A DNA stretch of 64,000 nt from Brevundimonas sp. (lineage in GTDB: Bacteria > Pseudomonadota > Alphaproteobacteria > Caulobacterales > Caulobacteraceae). Numbering within the stretch: the stretch's first letter is position 1; each line of letters opens with the position of its first letter. A model generated the notes under the pieces. The model was not told where the DNA came from. It was given only the letters and a program-made list of their open reading frames with translations, and made no database searches. Location of the stretch: positions 5,134-69,133 of the forward strand of contig NZ_DASWXW010000016.1 in the NCBI RefSeq assembly GCF_036405315.1. The letters run 5' to 3'. Below are positions 44,054 to 52,447 of the stretch, piece after piece. Position numbers and translations under genes: made by a program.

Positions 44054-45854
44054 CCCCACGTCCCGCTGGGCAACCGACGTCGTCGCCGGGCGGATTATAG
44101 CGGGAGAGCTGGTCGGCCTGGCTGCCGAGCGCCACCTTCGCGACCTGAAGGACGGCGCCGCGCGTGGACTCTATTTCGATGAGGCGGCAGCGGCCCGGGT
44201 GCTGGGCTTCTTCCCGGCTCTACTGACGATCACCGCGGGGACGCACGAGGGGAAGCCGTTCACCCTGCTTCCCTGGCACGCTTTCACCGTCGGTTCGCTG
44301 TTTGGCTGGAAGAAGGAAAGCGGCCGCCTCCGGTTCCGCCAAGGCTGGCTGGAGACCGGCAAGGGACAGGCCAAGTCGCCGCTCATGGCGGGCATCGGCC
44401 TTTACATGATGGGCTGGCACGGCGTGAAACGGTCTGAGGTCTATGCCATCGGGCAGGACCGAGCGACCGCCAACGTGTTGTTCAAGGACGGCGTGGCCAT
44501 GTGCCGGGCCAACCTGCCCGACACCCCGGAAGATGAGACCGACAGCCTCCTTTCCCGGGGCGAGATCGTCATCCGCGGCGAGGGCGACAACGCCTGGAAG
44601 ATCGAGCATCCCGAGTCGGGATCGAAGTTTCAGGCTTTGGCGAACGGCGACGCCATCTCGGGTCCGCGCCCGACGTTGGTGACGGCGGACGAAATCCACG
44701 AGTTCAAGACCGGCGCCCCCATCGAGACGTGGCGGCGCGCCATCGCGAAGATGCCGGGCGATGCCATGATGCTGTTGGGGACCAACACCCCGGCAACGAC
44801 GCAACTGGTCGGCACCGCCTACAGCGACTTCTTCCAGAAGGTGCTCAAGGGCGACGTCAGGGACGACGAAGCCTTCGCCTTCATCGCCCGCGTCGATCAG
44901 GCCGACCGCGAGACGATCTTCGACAACCCCACGGCATGGGTGAAGGCCCTCCCCGCACTCGGCATCACCTTCCCCATGGAGAACATCCAGGGCGAGGTGA
45001 ACACCGCGCGGGTGCTGCTCTCGACCGCCATGTCGGTGAAGCGCCTCTACTTCGGCATCCCGACCGGAGCGGTTGATTTCTGGATCGACGAAAGCGCCTG
45101 GGCCGCTGTTCAGGGTGCGGTCGATCCGGCCGAGTTCCGGGGCTGCCCCTGTTGGGCCTCACTCGACCTGTCGCAGAAGAACGACCTCACGGCCCTGACG
45201 GTGGTCTGGCTGAAGGACGGCCGGCTCTACGCGAAGACTTGGTACTGGACGACGCGCGTAGGCCTCGAAGACCGCGCCAAGAAGGACGGCGCTCCCTACG
45301 AGGTATGGGTCGCGGCCGGGCACCTGACCGCTGTTCCCGGCCCCGTAATCGACAAGTCTTTCGTGGCCGCCCAGCTCGCCGAAATCGCGGCCGAGCACGA
45401 TCTGCAGTTCATGGCCTTCGACCCGGCCGGCATCGCCGACTTCATCGCCGCCTGTGACGAGATCGGTTTCCCGGTCTGGCGGTGGTTGGGGGCGGACAAA
45501 CCCGAGGGAACCGGGCTGAAGCTGGTCGCTCACGCACAGGGAACGCGGGTCGTCTTCGAGGACCGGCAGCTCTGCATGCCGCGTTCGGTCGAGCGTCTGG
45601 AAGACGCGATCCTGAACAAGACCATCACGGTCGATGCGTCGCCTGTGACCTACATGTGCGCGGGCAACGCCCTGTTGATCGCCGACGGACAGAAGAACCG
45701 AGCCTTCGACAAGAAGGCGTCCCGCGGCCGGATCGACGGCCTGGTCACCTTGGCTATGGGCGCCGGCGCGGCCCTCTACGCCGCTCCGACCGAACCCGAG
45801 CCGGTTTCGCCCTGGGACGACCCGAACTTCTCGCTGATGGGGATGGTTGCATGA
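44016..45854 (+). CDS. Terminase large subunit
   Basis: TGKGQAKS Walker A, ADEIHE, LDLSQKNDLTA, RIDGLV. Confidence 0.93.
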   Translation: MPRTRISGPSPSDPTSRWATDVVAGRIIAGELVGLAAERHLRDLKDGAARGLYFDEAAAARVLGFFPALLTITAGTHEGKPFTLLPWHAFTVGSLFGWKKESGRLRFRQGWLETGKGQAKSPLMAGIGLYMMGWHGVKRSEVYAIGQDRATANVLFKDGVAMCRANLPDTPEDETDSLLSRGEIVIRGEGDNAWKIEHPESGSKFQALANGDAISGPRPTLVTADEIHEFKTGAPIETWRRAIAKMPGDAMMLLGTNTPATTQLVGTAYSDFFQKVLKGDVRDDEAFAFIARVDQADRETIFDNPTAWVKALPALGITFPMENIQGEVNTARVLLSTAMSVKRLYFGIPTGAVDFWIDESAWAAVQGAVDPAEFRGCPCWASLDLSQKNDLTALTVVWLKDGRLYAKTWYWTTRVGLEDRAKKDGAPYEVWVAAGHLTAVPGPVIDKSFVAAQLAEIAAEHDLQFMAFDPAGIADFIAACDEIGFPVWRWLGADKPEGTGLKLVAHAQGTRVVFEDRQLCMPRSVERLEDAILNKTITVDASPVTYMCAGNALLIADGQKNRAFDKKASRGRIDGLVTLAMGAGAALYAAPTEPEPVSPWDDPNFSLMGMVA

Positions 45855-47134
45855 ACCTGTTCGACCGCCTCCGAGGGAAGGACCGCACTGCGGCTGGTGT
45901 TGAAACGCGCTCGGCGAACATCGAGAACCCGACGGTTCCGGTCAGCAGCGCCAACTTCCTCGAGTTCTTCGGCGTCGACACCGGACCGCTTCCGACCGTG
46001 ACGCTCGATGAGGCGCTTCGGGTGCCGGCCTTCGGCTCCGCGGTGGCGTTCCTGTCGCGTTCGCTCGCCAACCTACCCCTGCACGCCTATCGGAAAAAGG
46101 CCAAGGGCTCGGCCGAACGCCTGCCCGGCAAGCTGCAGGCGGTCTTGAACGAGGCGCCGAACGCCGAGTGGACCAGCTTCGGTCTGCGCCAGTATTTCTG
46201 GCAGCAGGTCTTCACGCGCGGCCGCGGGTTGATGTGGATCGAGCGGCAGGGCTCGACTGTCGTCGCACTCTGGCCCATGGACGCCGCCAAGACGACGGTC
46301 TCCCGCAAGGCGGGCCGGAAGGTTTACACTTACGAGGGCAAGACCTACCCGGCCGCCGATGTGATCGACGTGCCGTTCATGCTGCGAGACGACCAGCTTC
46401 GCGTTCGCAGCCCGCTCTACTTCGCGAATGACGCCATCGTCCTGGCCAGGCGCATGGCTCGCTACTCAGGCGGCTTCTTCAAGGGCGGCGGCGTTCCGCC
46501 CCTCGCTCTGACGGGGCCGCTTCCAGCCGGCGCCGACGCCATGGCACGCGCTCTGCGCGATCAGCAGGCTGTCATCAAGGCGGCGCAGGAAACGGGCTCC
46601 CAGATATTCCCGGTGGCGCCGGGCTATGAACTGAAGCCGGTCGGCTTCGACCCCGCCAAGGGTCAGATGACCGAGGCGATGAAGTTCGTCATCGAGGAGA
46701 TCGCGCGGTCGCTGAACATGCCGCCCGTCTTCGTCGGCGACCTGACCCACGGCACCTTCTCCAACACCGAGCAGCAGGACCTGCATCTGGTGAAGCATCT
46801 GCTGGCCCAGTGGGCAAAGGCGCTGGAGGAAGAGGTCAACCTCAAGGTGTTCGGCCTGTCGAATGGCGGGCGCTACGTCGAGCACAACCTCGACGCCGTT
46901 CAGCGCGGCGTCCTGAAGGACCGGATCGAGGCCTACGCTCGTGCGATCCAGACCAGCCAGATGCAGCCGGACGAGGCCCGGGCTCTGGAGAACCGCCCGC
47001 CTGACCCGTCCGGCGCAGGCGGCAAGCTCTACATTCAGGGGGCGACGGTGCCGCTCGGCACCCAGCCCGTCGGCACCACGAACAATGGAGGGGCGGATGA
47101 CCCTGGAAACCCGGACCCTGAGCCAAAGGGTTGA
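45851..47134 (+). CDS. HK97-family portal protein
   Basis: LNEAPN..TSF, EEIARSLNMPP, TFSNTEQQ. Confidence 0.92.
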   Translation: MNLFDRLRGKDRTAAGVETRSANIENPTVPVSSANFLEFFGVDTGPLPTVTLDEALRVPAFGSAVAFLSRSLANLPLHAYRKKAKGSAERLPGKLQAVLNEAPNAEWTSFGLRQYFWQQVFTRGRGLMWIERQGSTVVALWPMDAAKTTVSRKAGRKVYTYEGKTYPAADVIDVPFMLRDDQLRVRSPLYFANDAIVLARRMARYSGGFFKGGGVPPLALTGPLPAGADAMARALRDQQAVIKAAQETGSQIFPVAPGYELKPVGFDPAKGQMTEAMKFVIEEIARSLNMPPVFVGDLTHGTFSNTEQQDLHLVKHLLAQWAKALEEEVNLKVFGLSNGGRYVEHNLDAVQRGVLKDRIEAYARAIQTSQMQPDEARALENRPPDPSGAGGKLYIQGATVPLGTQPVGTTNNGGADDPGNPDPEPKG

Positions 47135-47675
47135 GGCGCGGGCGACGGCTGACGGCCAGCTCGTCGGCGGCGTCGGGATCGCTTACGGCGAGACGACTGA
47201 CATCGGCGACAGCTTCCGTGAGGTCTTTGCTCCTGGCGCATTCCGCAATGCTCTGAGCGCCGACATCCTCGCGCTGTTTGGTCATGACCGGAACCGCGTC
47301 CTCGGCCGCACCACGGCCGGAACGCTGCGCCTGCGCGAGGATCAGCAAGGCGTCCATTACGAGATCGACCTGCCCGACACGACCGATGGCCGGGATCTGG
47401 CTGTTTCGGTCGGTCGGGGTGACATCACCGGCACGTCGTTCGGTTTCCGCGCCATCAAGGAAACCTGGGACGATACGGTCGAGCCGCCGCTGCGGACGAT
47501 CCACGAAGCCCTTCTGCGTGAAATCTCGCCCACGGCCGATCCGGCCTACGGCGACACCACCATCGCCCTGCGCTCGCTCGATGCGGCGCGGAAGGAGCGT
47601 CGCTCCTCCAACTTCAGCCACGCGGCGCGTCGGCTACGCATGAAGATTTCCCTCGACCTCAAGGGCCGAGAGTAA
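47097..47675 (+). CDS. HK97-family prohead protease
   Basis: EVFAPGAF, GHD, GTSFGF, EISPTADPAYGDT. Confidence 0.92.
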   Translation: MTLETRTLSQRVEARATADGQLVGGVGIAYGETTDIGDSFREVFAPGAFRNALSADILALFGHDRNRVLGRTTAGTLRLREDQQGVHYEIDLPDTTDGRDLAVSVGRGDITGTSFGFRAIKETWDDTVEPPLRTIHEALLREISPTADPAYGDTTIALRSLDAARKERRSSNFSHAARRLRMKISLDLKGRE

Positions 47676-47733
47676 GGCGGCGCGCCTCCCGCGACCGACC
47701 GAACCCATCAACGCGACAACATAGGAGATCGCC

Positions 47734-48996
47734 ATGTCGCGCATTACCGAACTGCGGGAGAAGCAGGACACCGTCCTGTCGGAAGCCCGCGAGCGTCTCG
47801 ACCAGATCAACGCCAACACCGACGAGAGCCGAGCCGCCGAACTGGAAGCCTCGCACGATACCGCCATGGCGGAGTACGATCGCCTGGGCGGCCTGATCGC
47901 GCGTGAGGAGCGCACGGCCGAAGCTGAGGCCCGCGCCGAAGAGCGCCGCAAGCAACGCCGGCCCATCCCGAAGGACGATGAGAACCGCGGCGGCGATGAC
48001 ACCGACAGCGTCGAGTATCGCAGCGTCTTCGCCAAGGTCGTTTGCGGCGTGCCGCTGGACGAGCTGAGCACCGAGGAGCGCACCGTTCTGCGCGGCGGCG
48101 TTCGCAAGTTCGAGCAACGTACCCAGGTCGCCGGCACGGCGGCGGCCGGTGGTTACACGGTTCCGACCGAGCTGATGAACCACATCGAGATCGCCATGAA
48201 GGCGCATGGTCCGATGTATGACGGCGACGTCGTGCAGGAGATGATGACCTCCAGTGGCAACCGTCAGACCATTCCCTCGGTCGACGACACCGGCAAGAGC
48301 GGAGACGCGCACAACGAAGGCGCGGACATCGCCGACGACGGCTCGCAGGACGTCGAGTTCGGCCAGAAGACGCTGGACGCCTATTCCTTCGACACCGAGT
48401 TCATCAAGTGGACGTGGGAACTGGATCAGGACTCGATCTTCAGCATGGAAGCCCTGCTGGGCAGCCTGATCGGTGAACGCCTGGGCCGGATCGCCAACCG
48501 TCAACTGACCGTCGGCACGGGCGCTTCGGCCCCGAACGGCATCGTCACCGCCTCCTCGCTCGGCATCACCGCCGTGGCCCAGGCGGCGCTGACCGCCGAC
48601 GAACTGATCGACCTCGAACACTCGGTTGACCCGGCCTATCGTCAGGCGCCGGGCGTCGGCTTCATGTTCAACGACACCACCCTGAAGGCGATCCGCAAGC
48701 TGAAGGACGGCGACGGCAACTATCTCTGGAACAAGGGCGACTTCCAGGCGGGCGTGCCGGCGACGATCAACGGCCGTCGCTTCCGTATCAATCAGGACAT
48801 GGACAGCCTGGCTGCCGCCAAGAAGGCGGTGATCTTCGGCGACCTGAAGAAGTACTGGGTCCGCAAGGTCGGCTCGCCGGTCATCGGCGTGCTGCGCGAG
48901 CGGTTCTGGCCGCAGGTCGGCATCGCCGGCCTCATCCGCTTCGACGGCGAGCTGGTCCAGCCCGCCGCCGTGAAGCACCTGATCACCGCAGCCTAA
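47734..48996 (+). CDS. HK97-family major capsid protein
   Basis: N-terminal coiled-coil delta domain, AGGYTVP, GTGASAPNGI, FGDLKKY, RFDG. Confidence 0.94.
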   Translation: MSRITELREKQDTVLSEARERLDQINANTDESRAAELEASHDTAMAEYDRLGGLIAREERTAEAEARAEERRKQRRPIPKDDENRGGDDTDSVEYRSVFAKVVCGVPLDELSTEERTVLRGGVRKFEQRTQVAGTAAAGGYTVPTELMNHIEIAMKAHGPMYDGDVVQEMMTSSGNRQTIPSVDDTGKSGDAHNEGADIADDGSQDVEFGQKTLDAYSFDTEFIKWTWELDQDSIFSMEALLGSLIGERLGRIANRQLTVGTGASAPNGIVTASSLGITAVAQAALTADELIDLEHSVDPAYRQAPGVGFMFNDTTLKAIRKLKDGDGNYLWNKGDFQAGVPATINGRRFRINQDMDSLAAAKKAVIFGDLKKYWVRKVGSPVIGVLRERFWPQVGIAGLIRFDGELVQPAAVKHLITAA

Positions 48997-49033
48997 GAGG
49001 ACGGGGCGGCTGTAGTGGCCGTCCCGCACCGCC

Positions 49034-49216
49034 ATGAAAATCAAGATGCTGACGTCCCTCGCGGGCGACGACTTTGCGCTGTCGCCGGGCGATGAGACCG
49101 ACCGTTTCGCCGACGACGAAGCCGGACGCCTTATCGAGGCCGGGTTCGCTGCACCGGCGATCGAAGATAAAATCGAGCGCGCGGTGAAGAAGCCCGCAGC
49201 CGAGAAACGCGACTGA
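49034..49216 (+). CDS. Small head-associated protein
   Basis: EAGRLIEAGFA motif typical after capsid genes. Confidence 0.6.
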   Translation: MKIKMLTSLAGDDFALSPGDETDRFADDEAGRLIEAGFAAPAIEDKIERAVKKPAAEKRD

Positions 49217-49785
49217 TGTGGCGCCCGCCTGTCGTCACGGCGGCGCCGACCGATCAGGCGATCACGTTGGCCGCCGCGAAGAAGCATTTGCGCGTCGATC
49301 ACGATGACGACGACGCCCTCATCGAGGGGATGGTCGCGGCAGCCGTCGGTCACGTCGAGAGCGTGACCGGTCAGCGCCTCGTCCGGCAGACCCTGACGAT
49401 CCGGTGCGGCGGCTGGAACGACCTGGCCGCCCTATCGGTAGCTCCGGTCGTCGAAATCCTCGCCATCCGATACCGCGACGGTTCCGGCGTCGATCAGACC
49501 CTATCCGCCGCCGAATATGAGGCCCGACTGGAGGGGTTACTGCCCGAGATCGTTCGTGCGGGCGGCGCATCGTGGCCGTCCGTTCAGGCGGGAAGCCTGA
49601 TCACCGTGGAGATGATGGCTGGATATGACGACGGCGCCGCGCCGCCTGAACTAATGGCAGCCGCGAAACTGATCCTCGGCGATCTCTACACCTACCGCGA
49701 GACTGTCGGCGGCGATGCAAGCGCGATCCCGACCAGCGCAACGGTCGAGGCGCTGCTGACCAATCATCGCCGGTTCTTGCTCTGA
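49216..49785 (+). CDS. Head-tail connector (gp6-like)
   Basis: AKKHLRVDHDDDDALI, YTYRE. Confidence 0.88.
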   Translation: MWRPPVVTAAPTDQAITLAAAKKHLRVDHDDDDALIEGMVAAAVGHVESVTGQRLVRQTLTIRCGGWNDLAALSVAPVVEILAIRYRDGSGVDQTLSAAEYEARLEGLLPEIVRAGGASWPSVQAGSLITVEMMAGYDDGAAPPELMAAAKLILGDLYTYRETVGGDASAIPTSATVEALLTNHRRFLL

Positions 49786-49795
49786 GGAGATCGCC

Positions 49796-49981
49796 ATGCA
49801 CGTTCGCATTCTTCGCGACCGCAACTGGACGCCGCCCGAGGATCGCCGGATGACGGTCGCCTACAAGGCCGGTTGGAAGGGTCCGGTGAAGCGCGCCTGG
49901 GGACAGCAGTTGGTCAAAGACGGCGACGCCGTCGAGATCAGCGCTCCCGCGCGCGGCGCTGTCGCAAAGGCTAAACCCTGA
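49796..49981 (+). CDS. Small virion-region hypothetical protein
   Basis: RBS GAGGAG; VAYKAG motif. Confidence 0.6.
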   Translation: MHVRILRDRNWTPPEDRRMTVAYKAGWKGPVKRAWGQQLVKDGDAVEISAPARGAVAKAKP

Positions 49982-50319
49982 TGCCTACCGGCGCCGGAGA
50001 CCTAAAGGACAAAGTGCGGTTCGACAGCCGCGAAGAGGACGCCAACGGCGACCCGTTGGGCGTGTTCAAACCCGGCTTCACTGTCTGGGCGAAGGTCGAC
50101 TATCTGCGAGGTTCGGAAGCCGCCATCCAGCAGCGGCTGGAAAAGCGCCAGCCGGTCAGCATGACGGTCCGCGACAGCTCTCAGACCCGCACGATCACAC
50201 CCGCCATGCGGGTGGTGAACGTCCGCACCGGCGAAATCTTCAACGTGACGGCGGCCAGCCCTGGCCGGGATGCCGGGTTCCGCAACATCCTTGCCGTTTC
50301 GGGCGGAGCGCCAGGCTGA
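49981..50319 (+). CDS. Head closure / head-tail adaptor
   Basis: AGDLKDKVRF, VWAKV, position. Confidence 0.82.
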   Translation: MPTGAGDLKDKVRFDSREEDANGDPLGVFKPGFTVWAKVDYLRGSEAAIQQRLEKRQPVSMTVRDSSQTRTITPAMRVVNVRTGEIFNVTAASPGRDAGFRNILAVSGGAPG

Positions 50320-50690
50320 TGGCCTTCTCCAATCGCGACCGTCTGCGCCGAAAGATCAGGGCGATCCCGGTTCAGGTCCGTAAGGCCGCTCGCGACCAAC
50401 TGAAGGCCAATGCGCAGGAGCTGGTCGAGACCATGAAGGGCTTTGCGCCCGTTCAAGAAGGTCCGCTCGTTTCCTCGATCAAGGAGCAGGACGTCTCTGA
50501 CAGCACCCGGATCAGCCGCCGCGTCTCGGCCGGCGACCGCTCGGCGCCGTACGTCTCCTGGGTCGAGTTCGGTCATGGCCAGGCAGCGCCGCGGCCGTTC
50601 TTCTGGCCTGCCTATCGCCTCAAGAGGCGTCGTTTCAAGGCCCGCATGACCCGCACCGCCAAGAAGGCCGTCCAGGAGGCGATCAAGTGA
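50319..50690 (+). CDS. HK97 gp10-like neck protein
   Basis: APVQEG.L..SI, VEFG, RPFFWPA. Confidence 0.85.
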   Translation: MAFSNRDRLRRKIRAIPVQVRKAARDQLKANAQELVETMKGFAPVQEGPLVSSIKEQDVSDSTRISRRVSAGDRSAPYVSWVEFGHGQAAPRPFFWPAYRLKRRRFKARMTRTAKKAVQEAIK

Positions 50691-51109
50691 ACATCGCCAC
50701 TGCCCTGCGCACCGCAGCCGAAACAGCCCTGCGCGCCGACCCCGCGACGGTGGCGGTCTTCAGCCCCTCGAACGTTCGCCTCTACCCGCTTGCGGCCCCG
50801 ATGCCGCCCGTCTTTCCCTACGGGCTTATGCTGACCGACGTTGCCGGAGATGACACCGAGTGCGGCGAAGGCTCCGAGGTCACGCTGACGCTGGAGTTGT
50901 TCGCCCGCGAGGCCACGCACGCCGAGAGCGCCGCCAAGGTCGAGGCCATGGCGGGCGCCGCGCGCAAGGCCCTGACCAAGACCCTCACGCTGGCCGGCCA
51001 TGTCGTCGATGACTGGGAGTTCCAGTTCGACCGCGCCGTCAGCGACCCGGATGTCCTGACCGCGCACCGCTCGGTCTCGATCACCTATCTGACCTCGGCT
51101 TCGGCCTAG
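50687..51109 (+). CDS. Tail terminator (DUF3168)
   Basis: Position and PYG..D, DPDVLTAH motifs. Confidence 0.78.
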   Translation: MNIATALRTAAETALRADPATVAVFSPSNVRLYPLAAPMPPVFPYGLMLTDVAGDDTECGEGSEVTLTLELFAREATHAESAAKVEAMAGAARKALTKTLTLAGHVVDDWEFQFDRAVSDPDVLTAHRSVSITYLTSASA

Positions 51110-51153
51110 CAGACCCCGCCGCCTCGCGCGGCTTCTCATCAAAGGAGGCCGCG

Positions 51154-51624
51154 ATGGCCGCTGTTAAGTACACGCGCGGCGTCAAGCTCGTGCTCAAGGT
51201 TGGCGACGGAGCGACGCCGGGCCCGGAGGTCTTCACCGCCCTCTGCACGATCAACGCCGAGCGCGGGATCACCTTCAACGCCCAGACCAACGACGCCACC
51301 ATTCCCGACTGCGCCGATCTGGAGGCCATCGCCTTCACCGCGCGTGAGAAACAGTCCCTGTCGGTCGACTTCACTGGCGGCGGCATGTCCGACAAGTCGG
51401 ACGTGAAGAAGCTGTGGGACTGGTGGAAGAACGAAGAGTCGAAGAACTGCCAGATCATCCTGGACGACGACACGGTGGGCAACGTCATCACCTTCGCCGG
51501 CGCTTTCCACCTGACCCAGTTCGATCTGAACGGGAACCGGGGCGAGAAGGTCAACTCGACCATGACCCTGGCGTCTGACGGCATCGTTACGGCGACCTTC
51601 GGCGCGAACGTCGGCGGCGCTTAA
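51154..51624 (+). CDS. Major tail tube protein
   Basis: LKVGDG..PEVFTALC, FAGAFHLT, LASDG. Confidence 0.85.
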   Translation: MAAVKYTRGVKLVLKVGDGATPGPEVFTALCTINAERGITFNAQTNDATIPDCADLEAIAFTAREKQSLSVDFTGGGMSDKSDVKKLWDWWKNEESKNCQIILDDDTVGNVITFAGAFHLTQFDLNGNRGEKVNSTMTLASDGIVTATFGANVGGA

Positions 51625-52055
51625 TGAGCCGATCGGCAGAAGTCACCCTAGCGTTCGGGGGCGAAGACCGGCTGTTCCGGCTTCCCCTCGGGCGCCTCCG
51701 GGCGCTGCAGGAGAAGACGGACGCCGGGCCGATGGAGTTGCTGCAGCGCTATGCCGCCAGCAACTGGCGGATCGACGATGTTCGCGAGGCCATCCTGCAG
51801 GGCCTCATCGGTGGCGGCACGGATCAGCATTCCGCGACCAAGCTGGTGCAGTCCTATTTCGACGACACTCCGGTCTTCCCTCACGTCGCCCTGGCGCAGT
51901 CCATCGTCGCCGCCTCAATCATCGGCGTGGAGGACGAGAGCCTGGGGGAGCCTCAGGCGGGAGTGCGGTCGAAGAAGCGCTCCCGCGCAGCAAAATCCGC
52001 TTCGCCAGCATCTACGGCACAGGCGCGGTCGTCGGGTACAGCCCGCGCGAAGTAG
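51624..52055 (+). CDS. Tail assembly chaperone G
   Basis: FRLP.G..LQEKTDAGP, DVREAILQGLIGGG. Confidence 0.82.
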   Translation: MSRSAEVTLAFGGEDRLFRLPLGRLRALQEKTDAGPMELLQRYAASNWRIDDVREAILQGLIGGGTDQHSATKLVQSYFDDTPVFPHVALAQSIVAASIIGVEDESLGEPQAGVRSKKRSRAAKSASPASTAQARSSGTARAK

Positions 52056-52183
52056 ACGAGCTGTCCCTGTGGGAGTTCGCGGCTGCCGTCACCGGATGGG
52101 CCAGCGCTCAGCCAGGCGCCGATCAGAAGCCGTCCAGCCTCTCGGAAGAGGAGCACGACGCCCTGATGGTGAAATACGCCTAG
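51944..52183 (+). CDS. Chaperone T extension reached by -1 frameshift at G GGG GAG
   Basis: Startless -1 frame IYGTGAVVGYSPREVDELSLWEFAAAVTGW..ALMVKYA. Confidence 0.72.
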   Translation, partial: GGASGGSAVEEALPRSKIRFASIYGTGAVVGYSPREVDELSLWEFAAAVTGWASAQPGADQKPSSLSEEEHDALMVKYA

Positions 52184-52395
52184 GGGCGTTTCTGCAGGGC
52201 GTCGAGGATCATCGCGAGCCAACCGCCAACGAAGGTTCCGCCTCCAGTTAGAGCGAACAACAGGCGCTGGTTCAGCAGGTCATTGTTGGCGATCACATCG
52301 CCTGACAGCGGCTCGATCACCGCGACGGGCATGAAGAACGCCCACAGCGTCAGCGCGACGCCGATCCCCACCAACACACGTCCGATTGTTCGCAT
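52180..52395 (-). CDS. Antisense moron, 71-aa 2-TM protein
   Basis: RBS GGAG; MRTIGRVLVG..LQKRP; lower GC. Confidence 0.6.
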   Translation of the reverse strand: MRTIGRVLVGIGVALTLWAFFMPVAVIEPLSGDVIANNDLLNQRLLFALTGGGTFVGGWLAMILDALQKRP

Positions 52396-52447
52396 CCCGC
52401 ACTCTCCCTGAGGCGGGACGCTATTCGCTGCGCAACCGTGAGGCAAC

